A stretch of 60,928 nt of DNA, filler included, from Sphacelaria rigidula (Eukaryota): the NCBI GenBank assembly GCA_964200075.2. It is 6 parts of 6 records of this genome, joined end to end, with 100 filler letters (N's around TTAATTAATTAA, not from the genome) between each part and the next. Parts side by side here need not be neighbours in the genome. Positions count along the whole stretch, not along the records: positions 1 to 10,073 come from CAXNAA020007205.1; positions 10,174 to 20,245 come from CAXNAA020007206.1; 4 more parts are not named here. The stretch is one strand, 5' to 3'. The position numbers were made by a program, and so were the translations under genes. Under the pieces are notes generated by a model that saw only the letters and a list, made by a program, of their open reading frames with translations, did no database searches and was not told where the DNA came from. The number at the start of each line of letters is the position of its first letter. The first letter of the stretch is position 1. Shown piece by piece: positions 1-13,415 of the stretch.

Positions 1-50
<50 letters not shown>

Positions 51-84
51 AATAATAATAATAATAATAATGATAATAATGATG

Positions 85-155
<71 letters not shown>

Positions 156-180
156 AAGAATAATAAGAATAATAATACCA

Positions 181-251
<71 letters not shown>

Positions 252-291
252 AATAATACTAATAATACTACTACCACTACCACTACTACTA

Positions 292-345
<54 letters not shown>

Positions 346-396
346 ATAATAATAATAATGATAATAATGATAATAATGATAATAATAATAATAAAA
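1..396. repeat. Compound trinucleotide microsatellite (TTA)n/(ATA)n/(GAA)n/(CTA)n
   Basis: Directly visible; (TTA)~16 abuts (ATA)n head-to-head near 49. The 113-aa ORF is an artefact of the repeat. Confidence 0.98.
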
Positions 397-1339
397 TCAA
401 CGTTCTGGTGAGGATAGAAAATGTCGCTAGCTCGATCTCAGATGTGGTCAAGTACAACACTCGAAAAGCCGTGTTCCAACGACTATTTCTTCGCTCGAGA
501 AAATGCCGACCCAATCTCAAACCCTGGCTGTCGCGTATACTCGAACCCCCTTATCGATCGCAATAAAACATCTTGACATCAGGCGATCATTCGGTCGATT
601 GATTTTCGCATACAAACAAATCAGCTACAAATCCCGCCGTGCGATTACAACATAGACGTACCAAGGTAAGAAAACGGAAGCAGCCGGTGAACAAAGCTCG
701 ACAAAAAGGGCAAATAAAGAAAAAGAAACAAGAGGGAACCATACAACAAAACCAACTGATGTACGACACGTAACATAAAAGCATATATTGTCAGGCTTAG
801 TACTCCCCTGCTGGGGCTTCATGTGTGAGGGGACTCGAGAAACAAGGCTATTTGAGTCTGTTGGAGAAGGTTGCGACTCAATCATCTGGAGTGTTACACA
901 AGTGATCAATGATTGTCAAGCGCCAACACTGTACAAAGGAGATACAGGCACTTATGAACGGTAGATGCGAGGACAACCTAACACTGGAATTTCGGATACT
1001 CTCCCTTCCTCTCTTCCGAGCAGAAAATTCGAACATATTTGCCCAAACCCTGAATATGACAAAATGCGCGCTGCCATCAAGTGGATATGATAGCCACACT
1101 GTGCTCAACAAGTAGATCCTGAACAAACGGCTGGAAGAACCAAGCCGTTTGCAACATGAAAGTACTGAGATCAAGTAGTTGCCGATACCACACTAAAGCA
1201 AAGTGGGCATAAGTGTGATACCGCGACAGCCCTCCTCCGGACAAATGGCTGGTTTGAAGGGGCAAAATCTACCTGTGAATCAAAATGGCAAAAGAGGAGT
1301 TCACCGAGCAACTGAGAACTCCCACCCTTGGGTTCGGTT

Positions 1340-1463
1340 TCGCTAATGTCGCCCATATAACGCGCTTCATGGAGTCTGAAACCAGCTACCATGCGCTGTA
1401 TGGTCATTTTCTTCGTGGCAGTTTTGGGATTGCTATTTTTCTTGGCGGGGGGGGGCTACCATC
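1340..1463 (-). mobile_element. Fragment of the PIF/Harbinger-type MITE family seen at 14651-15024 and 30296-30417
   Basis: Reverse complement resembles 'gatagccccccc...ccatacagcgc...ttcagact.catgaag.gc...atat.ggcg.cat'. Confidence 0.6.
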
Positions 1464-1929
1464 GCGGCATGTGTTACAGATATCACTCTGACACCCAGCA
1501 GCTGTTGTGACATCATACTAGAGTAACATGTTGTATCACACTAATACAAAGTTGATCTCACGCCCTGGGTTGTATTTTTGCATGTTGTACCGAGTAGATC
1601 TTGGTTGGACGTACCAAACATTAAAAAAAACTTTATGTGATTACCGTAATGGGTACACGACATGCGCGGGATATGATCTCCACTCGACCCCCAAGCCCCC
1701 CTCCCTCAAAGGGAAAGTGTCAGCTTCAAGGGCCGAGATGTGTTGGATTCGCCGTATAGGTACCCTCGGTGAGTGCAATCAACGGGAAGAGCGCGGAGAG
1801 AAAGAAAATGGGAACAGAAAAGGAGAAAAATAACAAGAGAAGCAAAAGATAAGAATAGTATGAGTAGGGAATTTTACCAAGAGGCAGAGCTACATAGCAT
1901 TACCAACCAAGGAGTAGAGGCACCCTCCG

Positions 1930-2130
1930 ATTGGTCAACAGCGGAGTACCCGTTCCAACGTACACTCCCCCCCATCCCCCTCCCCCTCTGCTCCGTCTCG
2001 AAAGGGATACGTGATCAACGGTCAAACGACTGAGGCAAGCAACAAATGAGTACGCCCCCCCCCCCCGCCCGCGCCCCCCCCCCCCCCCCCCCCCCCGCCC
2101 CACCGGCCGCCCACCCGGGCGCGTCCCCCC
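1930..2130 (-). repeat. Copy of G/C-run-punctuated dispersed repeat
   Basis: 'ctccgtctcgaaagggatacgtgatcaacggtcaaacgactgaggcaagcaacaaatgagtacgccccc' matches 20084-20160, and is the reverse complement of 37130-37200 and 59640-59710. Confidence 0.85.
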
Positions 2131-2214
2131 CNNNNNNNNNNCCCCCCCCCCCCCCCCCCCCCCCCAAACAAAGGAAAACAACCCACCCCCCAACCCCCCC
2201 CCCCCGCCAACAAA

Positions 2215-2251
<37 letters not shown>

Positions 2252-3634
2252 AGCTCTAGCCGGGGACATAACAGGTCAATCGCTCGGGCATTTCATCTTC
2301 CCTCTCGAGTTGTTGTTGACGCTGTTGTGCCAAGGTATCTCCTATTGGTTGGTCTTAAAGCACCAGCATTCTCCTGCGGCGCGAGGCAGACTGGTAAACT
2401 TCAGGATCTACTTGTGTAATCTATGTTATTACCTGTGCACACCGTGCAATTCTACTGCATCGCCGTGCGAATTGTCTACGTGTCTTTTCCCGACTCCAAT
2501 ACTTAACACCGTGTTTGAGACCAAATCTTGATGACGCAAACAGCAGTATTGAAAAAGGAACCTACTCGCCTTTCTTCTCTGTTTTTCGTCAGGGAGGACG
2601 ACTACTGTAGAAGACCTCTACCACCTTCGAATGATGAACTCTACTGTATGAGCGGTCTCCGGCACAGCCTTCTGTTTTACGTCACACTTTGGGGTCATCT
2701 GGAACGCGCAGTTTGACTTTGGAGTGAATTAGGACCAGGGATGCTTTACGTTGACCGCAATAAATCGGAAATACTCCGAAACCAACGCAAAAGTGTTAGA
2801 TCTATAGTCAACTCTGAGGTGTTTCCAACAATTTGCTAGCTCTGTCAAACTAAAACGATGCCCATCCAGCAACGCAAAGGTATTCCAGAAACTTCTGAAA
2901 CAGTAGCGTAGGCAACTTTGTGATGGCGTTATCCGTCGAGCTCCGTTCACGGGCGAGAAACGTTGCCGATTTGACGAGTAGATAGTTCTCGGGGATCCTC
3001 TTCTTTAAAACCGTAAAAGGCAACCTGGCCATCAAGCCGTTCAGCCGTTGGATCAAATTATTGCTTACACCTGACCGTGCAGTGCCGACCCATGAACCGT
3101 GAGTCCTACTAAGATCTAGTCCTTCACTTTTAGGTGCACATTGAAGCATATCCAGCGTTTTACTCGCAACAATTGTACCGCGTGAGTGATAAGCTGCTTC
3201 TTGGACTACGGTCTCGGATTTCGCAAAAATAGACAGATTATTTCTACTCGTGTCGAGAGTACCACCTACGTCAAAATCGAGACGTGTACCCGTCAAAGTC
3301 GACATTTGGTGGATACCATACTTTTCCGTAGCGCGCAGAGACGATTTCCACCTTTTTTATTGGTATCCCGAGCGCAAAACTGCGTTGTGATGGGTATAGA
3401 GTTGAGCGTTGTACACAAAAAGGAACTGGTTTTCGTATGACGTACCAATTATCTGGATCTAGTATGGTACTACATACTTTCTTGCTTCAGTTTTACTATT
3501 TGTGGTCGTTTTTTTGTGTCGAAATCTACTTGAGCTCGGTGTGATTACAAAACTTTGTGTCAGTACGTTGTCGATACCTACGAAATTTTGGTGAGTTGTT
3601 CGTTTCAAGTTATACCCAATCTTCCTCGGTAGAG

Positions 3635-3820
3635 GGGCTTACTCATTTGTTGCTTGTCTTGATCATTTCACCATTGACCACGCATCCGTTTCGAGACGGG
3701 GCATCGGTAGGAGGGGTGGGGGGCGTACGCATTTGTTGCTGGCCTTAGACGTTTGGCCATTGACGACGCATCCGTTTCGAGACGGAGCATCGGTAGGGGG
3801 GGGGGGGGGGGGGGGGGATA
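3635..3820 (+). repeat. Two diverged tandem units of the same dispersed repeat
   Basis: 'catttgttgct...ccattgac.acgcatccgtttcgagacgg.gcatcggtagg' occurs twice, each copy followed by a G-run. Confidence 0.8.
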
Positions 3821-6152
3821 TTTGCACATCAGAAATTCATGTTACCGTTGCCTGTACCCCGCACGCTTTTCTACGGCGACGACCCTGTCCTGTGAGCGAG
3901 TATTCATCACGAAAGCTCACGAACTCCGGTATACATTTAGTCCTTTCCCCGTGGTGTTTGCTGCCATCCAACCTGTTCGGCTGCCTGTGCGCTAAGGTGA
4001 ATAATCTAGACACGTGCTTTGCGATAATTTCGGCGCCGACGCTAAAATACGCAAATCCCAACTCTGCGGCGACCCTACCCACGCCTCGCTTGCTGCTGTA
4101 TTTCCCGAATATTCTGCAGTTGTCAACCGTGGAGGGCATGTTGCACCGAGCGAGTGATGCACTAGCAGCCCTTTTGGGGAGTCGGCAGAGAAAGTGCGCT
4201 TCCGATCCCGCTTCTCCTCCCGCCGTCTCCGCTAAGGTCAGAGAAATGGGACCCGCACATGCACCCTATGGTAGGTTCGGGCCACCCGAAGAAATGTCAG
4301 CACCTACTACCGAGGTTGTTTGACCACCTGAAGTTGTGCTCTAAGGGGTTCCGATACGTGCTTTCAGAGGCTATTTGTCAACGAGTGGCTTATCATCGTA
4401 AATAGGATCGAAACATACTACTGAGCAAAAACATAGTTGGCACTGCACTCAGCCAAGTTCAAGTCATGATACCACCTTGAGCGTGATGTCGCTTCGCCTG
4501 AACTGTATTCGTGAGCGGAACGCACACGTATGTTTGGTACAGCACTCGCTAGCCCTGCGTTAGTCCATTTTGTTTTTGTGTTTGTATGTAGTGCACGCTT
4601 TGCTGACAACTAACAAACGCAATCGAGCTCGCACAAACTGAATCTGGTACACACAATATCTTTCATGGATATGATGCCCTCCTCCTGCCCCGCCCGTCCC
4701 CCTCGCGTCATGTACATGCTGTCGGGGGATGCCTTACGCAGGGAACAAATCATCAACGCGGTGGGCTCAGTGCTCTCGGGCTTAGTGCTCTCCAGAAGAA
4801 GGCAGTTCCGTCGGCAAGAAAAACGTTCGTGAAGAAGGCGCAATCAAGAAAGGTTCCCGGAGCACCGTGGTCCTTGAGCCAGACGGTGAGAGAACGTGGC
4901 GAGTACGTACAATCGAATTGCAACAAAAACATTTTCGGAACTCATGGAAAAATCTGTTTTGTGACAACACGACGAGCACCTGTCGCCTTGGTGCGCTGAC
5001 GTGTTTTTGGGAGGTGACTTCGCTCTTCACTGCTTCTTGGTGGATACTTCGGCTGCACGCCCTTTTTAGGAAAGAGGAAAAATAGGAAAAATGCTTTCGG
5101 GGAAGTTCACCTTGTATATCGTTCGTCGGCGTTCTACGCACCATCTCTCGCAGTGGAAGACAATATATTTGTCCCAATATGTGGAATATGAATCAAATAG
5201 GGCATAGCGCGCCGATTAGTACTCATTTGTTGTTGCGTATCGCACATGGACACTCAGAGGAGTACGTCGCCAATGCCGATAGACGTAACTGGTGAATGTT
5301 GTTACCGATGCTGCGAGGAGAGCCTCTGGAGAAAACCCCTCGGTCGGAGTAGGAATGTCGATCACCACCCCCACCGCCCGATTCACAGGCGAATGCAGTT
5401 ATCTAGCTCTATGCAGACTGGGCACAACTTCGGTGTATGCACGTACGTTTACCGCTCCTCGCAAGCTTCCCCCGCGGACGCTGCGCAGCCTTAAAAATAC
5501 TATTTTTCACCCTCCTCATCCTTTGTTGGCCCGCTCGGGACGAACAGAAACGGTTGAACTGGCTCCCTTCAAAGACAACCGGGAACGTGGAAACGTCGGC
5601 AACACATGCCGCATCATCACGCCAACAACAAACCCTCGAGGCTGGCGTCGAAAAAGAGGAATATCAGGCGGTCCGCACCCGCAAGCGTGCCAAGTTTTCC
5701 GGCATTGGTTCCACGCACAAATGTGCAGGAGAAGTGCCACCCTTGCCCCGTGCAGAAAAGACAGTGACCGAAGAAGAATCAAGAGGGATAGGAGGGGGAA
5801 GGGACGCAGGGGGAGGTGGTTCCACGGAGACGTGTGTCAGAATGAAGCCTGCAGTGAGCATGGACGGGGCAGTGATGGCGAACTCTGGAACACGGAGGAA
5901 ATCGACGGATCGTGCTTGTTGGAAGTGCGATGAAGAGGTGATGGTTAGTTGGTGTGCGTAAAGTGATCTCGATGATATTCGCGGGGTCCTGCGTGCTTCG
6001 GGCCATGGTTATCTTATCTCGGTAGTGGCCGCCTGTGGTTCGTCATGTATCTTGTGCAAAAGGACGAGAAGTTCCCTGTACGAAGAAGTCTGGAGCGCCG
6101 CTGACTGCAGTTTTTCACTTTTTCGGCGTTTTAACTCTCCGTCGCTTGAACA

Positions 6153-9060
6153 GTGTACTTCGAAGACTCGATTTCCATCCTCACCAACGCGAACAAACGA
6201 ATACGATTCCCTCACGACACAAGACGCCATTGGCTCACGCATTTCCGCAACCAACGTTACCCTGTCTTCGCGCGCCAGTGCTGGTTTGGGTGCTCATGCG
6301 AGTGCCACTTGGCTACCATTTCTTCAGACGGGAGCACCCCGGGACCGTTTCAAGCCTTCCCCGCGCTGGTTAAGAGCAACACGAAGTCGGGAAACAACAG
6401 TCCTACGAACGGTACTGGAGCCATCCTAGGTTGCATAGGACTCTCTACCTTAGACCCTGCACCCCAGCGCTCGGTGAAAATGCCAAACCGTCGGACAGTA
6501 CAATTGCCAGACCAAGAGACGCCCGCGGATCCAGTGAACACGTCGGAAAATATCGTGGAGGAAACAGTGAATGCTGCTTCTGGGCGCTACGAGAAGCATC
6601 TCGGCAGTGGTATCAATACAGCTAAAGTTAGTAAAGGTTTCGACGTGGAACACAAAGATGGTGAAAATAAACAACAACCGTCCGCACGAGACGCAATCAG
6701 GCATGAGACCCTGATTGGCGCCGTCGCTGACCACCGTGATCCCGAGAGAGGCGGCAACCAGACAGTCTGCACCGCCGCTGTGGTTGCATGTAACAGTAAA
6801 ATGGCTAATACAGTCGAGGCTCCTGTTGAGTGCCACAGTTGTGAGTTGCATTGCTGGTACGCCTGTCCGTGTTCTTGTCATAAGCTGTCCGATCGCCGTC
6901 GCATCAAATTCGCGATCAGTGATGGGGAGCGAGAAGCCTCTGACGTGCATGCGACCGGGGCACATGTCGCTGTGGAAAAATCCGGAACATCGCCGACATC
7001 GAGTGATGCAGTCGCTCACAAGGGAGAGATGGCTACCACTCGGGCAACGCGTCGAGACAGAGTCAGGAAGAATTCAAACGACATTGGCCACAAAAAGCGG
7101 CACCATGAAGACCGCTTGCCCATCAAAGCGCCGGATTTGCGGCGCGCGTTTTTGGCCACTTCAGAAGGTCGGGAAGCAACAACGATTCGGTTCGGTACGG
7201 CTCCACGTCTAGATCCCACTTTTTTAGGTCAATCGTCTACTGCAGGCGTTGGCAGCGGTGGAAGGGTGTATTTCTACGACGTCTGGTGAGAGAAACAGTT
7301 GGTGTTTCTGAGCGTAGTGTTTGTCAACATTGCAGGACATGCTACCACCGCCGACTCGGTGGGTACAGGGCTTTGCTTTGTATCCTACCATAGGTCAAGA
7401 AAAATCGGGTGAATATCTTGATAGAAATCCTATGGTAAAGCCGTTTCAGGTGACCATATGTTTCTCCTCAAATGCTGGCTGCGTGTGTGGTAGGCGGAGA
7501 AGCTGAAACGTAGAGAATGGGCTCGATGAGTCCTTCCTGTTATAACGTGCAAGCCACAGTCACGACGTACCTCAGGAGCAGAGGAAAAATGTCGGCAGAG
7601 CCCACTCTTGGTATGGGCATTGGGACAGCGATATAAGTGCGGACGGGTAGCTCAAACATGAGATATCAAACGAGCTTCACAGGCAGTTGCGGTGTACTCA
7701 AGGGCCAATGATTTATCATTCCTGGATGACCTGATATCGAAAAATGTACTTCGAACAGTAGAGAGCGGGGGGAGGGGACGTGATAAAATGGTGAAACCAG
7801 GCACATCGCCACGGTCTCATTGCCACCACAACTACTTCTCAGGACTAAAGCGGTATCACCCTGCCGTTAGTCCTTCCTGAAGGTGAGTCGTGGTGCATCG
7901 TTGACTTGTGGCAATATCATATTTTTATTGTATATATTTTTTTGTCATTGCGCATGTATAATTCTCGCGTCCGCCCGCTCTCGCACCTCGCCCTCGAACA
8001 ATCTACCCAATCATGTAGCAAGGGAGAGGCAATCATCCGCTCCAAGCCTAAGGGCTTCACAATGACTCGGAGGGCCCGCGATCCGGAGGTAGCAAGGACG
8101 GAGTCGGTGAAAATGGCATGTGTTGCGAAAACCGCTAGGTATGTGCGCGCTCCTGCCAGCACTGTTGGCTGTTCCGTCGCTGTTGATGCTGAGACAACCG
8201 CAGACGGAGTGGGCGCAGGCGAAACCGCCCACGAGGAGAGTGCATCGGCAACGCACGGTAGCAGTGATGGTGTCATGATGCCTAACGAGGGCGATCCAGT
8301 GGAGCGTCATGCTAGTGGCGTCGGCTGTGGCAATGGGGCAGGAAATCAGCAGTTGTTGGGATCCTCCGAGGTATCCTTGCCGTCGCAGACGAGAGAAAAT
8401 GAGGGACGTGAAATTAATGTTGGGGGGCTCGGAGACGACACGAAGGTGGTGTCGACGGCAGTAGCTGAAACGAGTGTGGAGAATGGAAGTGATCACAAGG
8501 ACGTGGTGGAAATGACAACCTGCGGACGGAGTAACCTTGGCGTAAATCATCCGCAAGTGTTACCGCCGACATCGATGGTTGGAGGAGCTGCCACGGCAAC
8601 GAAGGGACAAGCAAGGATCGTATCCGTTTCCACCACCGAAAACGAGACGTGCGCTCATGCCGCACCCGCAGCATCACGGCAAAATCCACGCAAAGTGGCG
8701 CAGAAACCGGGGATTAGGACACCATGTGCGACCGAGATAATATCCGGAGCATCCGAGAGAGGTCGCGGTATGTCGCCGGATCCCCGTCCACCCGCGAGAT
8801 CTCCACCGTCCAGGACTGAATCGGAGAAGGTCGACGCGCCTGAGCCTTTGAGACTCTCACCCAATGACGCGATTCTTTCTCAGCGAGCAAGGGTGCGGGC
8901 AGTAGTATTTCCGCGGCCGCATACCCATCATCCGCGGAGAAAGCATATGCTGATGAAAACCGGGGGGATGGGGGTACCCGGTCCTGGGCAGTATGATGTT
9001 ATGGAAAAGAGGACCTGGGAAAGACCGGGACGCGGGGTTCTCTCGCTCGCTCCGAAAAGG
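6153..9060 (+). CDS. Possible large low-complexity exons of a SHIPPO/ODF3-like (PGPGxY-repeat) protein; gene or pseudogene, exon bounds uncertain
   Basis: Long ORFs 6153-7289 and 7906-9384 contain 'FGTAPR...FYDV', 'LRLSPNDAILSQRARVRAVVF' and 'VPGPGQYDV', motifs typical of sperm-tail PG-rich repeat proteins. I could not build a clean splice chain. Confidence 0.4.
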
Positions 9061-9959
9061 TATTGTGATCGGGACCATTGCCGTGCTTTGTATGACGACG
9101 CACGTCATGAGGATTGTAGAAGACGTGACACGCGTGCCCAACCTATCCAACCGAGGTTAAACAGGTATCTTCAACGCGTGTTGTGTGTTGTCGTCCCATC
9201 TATTCTGGGTGCTGGTCCTCACCTTTCGGTAAACGTGGGCGCACCAGCCGGGGTCACACGGGAGGAAGGTCAACACGGGAGCTTGTATATTTTTCTTTGT
9301 TTTTTTAGTACCCCACCTTCCTTTTGCGGTGCTTGCCTTTATTTTTTATCGCGAGAGGGGTTCAGCAGTCCCTTTCCCTCGTAGACCATTGAGTCCTTTT
9401 TTTTTTCAATACCGGCTGTAAAAGTCAATATGTACGCAGGTATTCCTTTTCCACCTGGATCTGGTGAATACATATTTTGACAATCTCCAGGGATAACTAA
9501 GGTGCTTGCCTTTGCTGTCGCCGTACGCTGTCTCAGAACCTCGTTAACGGGGAAGCCACGACAGGTTGTGGAACTCCGCAGGATGAAGGATGCAACCCTT
9601 GGTGGACCCGGAGAGTACGACATTACCAGGTGCGTTACATGCGGAACGAATAAGCTTTCATAATCGACCAACTAACAACACTTACTTACAACAAACCCAG
9701 CTTTGGCTGAAACGTTGAGAACCCCCCTTTGCCGTATTGTACTGAAACATCAAGCTAACGATTAAACATGAGAGCTGGTAGGTAAGTTCACGGGTCGAAC
9801 GGACTATGTGGACATGGTCGTCGGCCGGCAGAGAGGCATGCTGTACGATGGGTCTTCTGAAGGTCGATCTCCAGGTAGCCCGAGCTCTCACAGTGCTGAA
9901 AACTACCTGTGACTAAAACCGTTTTTTTGTCACGAGATATGTGAAGGAAAGGTTATGGT

Positions 9960-10073
9960 ACCTGAGACACGAGGTACGCCCCTCCCCCTCCCCTGAAGGT
10001 TAGGTCAGACACCCATGAGGCAGTGTATAAGCCGTGGCTGTCTCTGGAAGTGGCGATACCAAAGAATAAAGCA
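9960..10073. repeat. Dispersed repeat at contig end
   Basis: 'gacacccatgaggcagtgtataagccgt...gtggcgatacc' matches 40415-40470 and 47680-47740. Confidence 0.85.
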
Positions 10074-10173
10074 NNNNNNNNNNNNNNNNNNNNNNNNNNN
10101 NNNNNNNNNNNNNNNNNTTAATTAATTAANNNNNNNNNNNNNNNNNNNNNNNNNNNNNNNNNNNNNNNNNNNN
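10074..10173. other. Artificial contig-joining spacer
   Basis: N44 + TTAATTAATTAA (stops in all six frames) + N44. Confidence 0.99.
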
Positions 10174-10260
10174 TTTTTGTTTTGTGTTTGTTTTGGCTGT
10201 GTGTGTTGGGTTTTAGGATTGTTGGAGGGGATGGGTTGGTGGGGGGTGGGGTGGGGGGGT

Positions 10261-10298
<38 letters not shown>

Positions 10299-10613
10299 AG
10301 AAGACATCCAAAACATCTTCGTATGTGGATGAGGAAGATGGACAGCAGTAAAATTTCAAAAACAATTTGTATTCACCCGGATGCACACACGACTTCATCT
10401 GCGCCGTACGTAGAGTACCCCCACTCATCATCATAGCCGCCGATGCCACACCAAAAAAACGTGACCGACGTGTATCGGTGTTGTCATGCTCGAGAACAAG
10501 CAAAGTCTAGCCACCGAAGCTCTATCGCTAGCCTTTATTCTAACCCGAGCTCTACAGCTGTAGACACAAAAAAAAAATGATTACTTCATGTACCCTCAAA
10601 AAAAAATCTGCAG

Positions 10614-10805
10614 GCAATGCTGAAGCTTAGCAAAGAGTACAACGAGCGGGTTCAGGAGGAGGAGGGCAAGACGCTGGATGAACTGGCTGTGCTCAATGTG
10701 GGCAAGGTGGATCCCAAGCGACACCTGGAAAATGACGTGTCGGAACTGATGGCGGCAAACATCGTCCAGTCACTGGGAGCTATGCTCGACACCGTCATCT
10801 TTTGA
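10614..10805 (+). CDS. PSMD14: Last coding exon of 26S proteasome lid subunit RPN11 (POH1)
   Basis: Acceptor ctgcag|GCA. Translates [63 protein letters not shown], matching the conserved Rpn11 C-terminus (NVGKxDPKRHLE...NIVQxLxAMLDTVxF). Confidence 0.96.
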   Translation, partial: AMLKLSKEYNERVQEEEGKTLDELAVLNVGKVDPKRHLENDVSELMAANIVQSLGAMLDTVIF

Positions 10806-12503
10806 GCTAGATTGTGTCTGTTTCTAGGGTTTATTGTGGTTCCGTCATCGCGGGATTGTCGTATTGTTGCGTGTGTTTGATAGTTCTGCTGCGACACTTT
10901 AGAATTGAGTTATCTTCTTCTGTGTATCGGGTAAGAAGACGTTCTATTCGCACACTGGGAAATAATCACTCATGTACGGTTGTGGCCAGTTCTCAATCTG
11001 AGTAATGCCCTGAAAGGAGTAGCATGTTTCGGGCCAAATCGTTCTCGTTGAGGGGCTCTTGAGGTCAGGAGCTACTCAAGAGTATGAGTCATGACTTTCC
11101 CGATTTGAAATTCATTTGAGATATCCCTGTCGAAGCCCATTCAAATGCTAATCGTGGTGTGCTCTCACATATTCCAAATGTCGTTTTTTGATGAGATACT
11201 GGTCTCCGCAATTCAAACCTCGGAAATAGTTTGTGCACCACTGGCGTAGCATGACTCGTCTAGCGAGAGAAGGGGCACGCTGTTTTTTCCGATAAACTGA
11301 TGAGAAAAAACCCGACAGGGAACAAGTGTTGATTGATGAAAAACAAACATCGTTAATAGGTGACCGTCATCCAGGATCTGTTGCTCAGGGTTACTTTTGA
11401 CAACGAAATACATACTTTTTCCTGGACGATTTTCGCAAAAATACATAATCGATAGGTGAATACCAAGTTCATCACCGCGGAAGTAGATGACCGATTTGTT
11501 TTGATGTCACCTTGTTCCGGGAACTTGGTTGTTTTCCTCTTGTGTTGTCTAGGCGTTCATCTGGTCGGGCTCGAGTAAACCGCGGTTGCGAGTGGGCGTA
11601 CTGTAGTAGCGGCGTGTCTGTTCTCAAAATGGAGAGAGTGATGTGTTGTGGTCGCCCTCTCGGTGGAGCACTGTAATATTAATGTGAGCCCGCCTCGTTT
11701 TACGTTCCCGGTGGTGGGAACATCATTGACGTGCTTGAAAATGGGTTCGACGTTTTCGGGGATTGTGAAACGCGTTCAGGTTCTCCCCCTTGCCCCGGCT
11801 CCAAAAGTCAGTTGCCTAACCGACAAGGGAAAACAGTAAGGGCAACAAATACACAAAGGATGATACCTACTGTGCTTAAGGGATCAATTGCTGAAGAACT
11901 ACGCAGCAGGTTTTTGATGGAGGGCGTAAAATAGCCCGTGGCCACTAGTAGTAGACTTCGTTTGAGCGATCGCTGAGGCAAGAGAAAGGAGTGCCGGGGC
12001 AAAACAATCAGACTCCAACGAATGTCTTGCCACCATGTGCGCTCCGTTCCTGCCTGTTTGTTCGAAGTGGCCTGAAGTATGATGAAACGTATCTAGCAGG
12101 CAGATCGTCATACCACCAACGGTTCATGGAAACCGTCGATCAATGAGATGATACCCGCATCCCCGATCGTCCAGCTTGCCGACACCAAATAAAGCATTAG
12201 TTCGCACGCAATGGTCACGTGAACAGTAGTACACGACTCACACGACTTGCTAACCTAACCGGTAAAATTCGACCAACCGTAGCCGAGCTCAGTAAGCTTA
12301 GCATGCTACAGTCCGATAGGATATGCTGCACTGACATTGGGCGCATCATGCCAACCCGTGCAGGATTACTCACGCTAACACCACCCGCTGAGCAGCCGCA
12401 AGCAAGTAATCCGCCCCTAATTTATCTACAAAGTCGAACCCTGCACACGGAGTAGATGCGGAGTCGATGACTTGCCAGCTATGTGATCCAATCCGCGGGC
12501 GGA

Positions 12504-12559
12504 TCATGCTGCCCCCGCAGGCTGCCAACGCTGGATCACTATCGCCAGGAAATCACGAT
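12504..12559 (-). CDS. DYNLRB: Roadblock/LC7 dynein light chain, exon 4 (last)
   Basis: ggccag|AT CGT...; (D)RDFLAIVIQRWQPAGAA*; phase matches exon 3. Confidence 0.9.
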
Positions 12560-13246
12560 CTGGCCACAGAAAGGAAGAGACAAGAGACTAGCATGAGTGC
12601 TAGTGGTGAGACTTTCAATGACTCGGCGCACGAACCTAGCGACAAGGGTTCTAGCGGGCCTGGCGATAAAAGTTCATGGTTGAGTAAAATCTGATTTATC
12701 GAACCCCAACGCAAAACATAACTCAAGGCAAGCCAGGAACCCTTGGGTAAAAGGGGGGACCATGGGGTACCCCAGGCGACTGCGCGCTAGCAGAGCTCAG
12801 ATTGGCATCGCAGGCGCCGATTCGAGTCCAAACGCATATTGCCCAGGCTGGCTGAGCCCTTGAGACCGTGAGCCCAGTGAATATCCCAATATGATGGTCC
12901 ACACACTTCACTCATCAATGCTTCGACAATGAATTTGTGTCACCGGTATCGCGAGAGCTCTACTGGATCTAACGTAGAAAGGGGAACGGGGGCGAGAGGG
13001 CGACGGGCGAACGAAAAATAAAGACGTATAATAATGGTAACATGCACGGGTGCGTTCATTTCCGAACCAAATTACGGGCAACATACTGCAGGAGGTTATA
13101 ACACTATGCACATCGATATCCCACCGAACACGGAAAGCGGTAACCCCATAGAAATTGCTTTGTGCTGGCATGCTAGCCACGATGAAAGTTGGATATCTGT
13201 ATGCCAAAAGGTGGAATTTCGGCCTTACTTTTTACATTTTACTCAC

Positions 13247-13415
13247 CAAACGCAACCAAGACCTCGTGCCGCTTTGCACGGATACGCATGTACTTCATCT
13301 CCCCTTTCGGATTGAGATCTCTAACTACACCTCGGGCTTTCAGCGCAAGATGTCGCATAGCTTCCGCGTAAACCTCTGCCATCTCTTGAGACATCGTGGG
13401 GAACCGCCGTAACAC
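13247..13415 (-). CDS. DYNLRB: Roadblock/LC7 dynein light chain, exon 3
   Basis: tatag|GTG...TTT G|gtgagt; VLRRFPTMSQEMAEVYAEAMRHLALKARGVVRDLNPKGEMKYMRIRAKRHEVLVAF matches the roadblock core (KARxxVRDxxP...RIRxKxxEI). Confidence 0.93.

Noticed and set aside
70..411. 113-aa poly-I/R/L ORF
   Set aside because: Translation of a trinucleotide microsatellite.
1900..2531. Pro/Gly-rich ORFs (also near 10122-10503, 20048-20301, 30462-30832)
   Set aside because: They come from poly-C/G tracts and N gaps, not real coding sequence.
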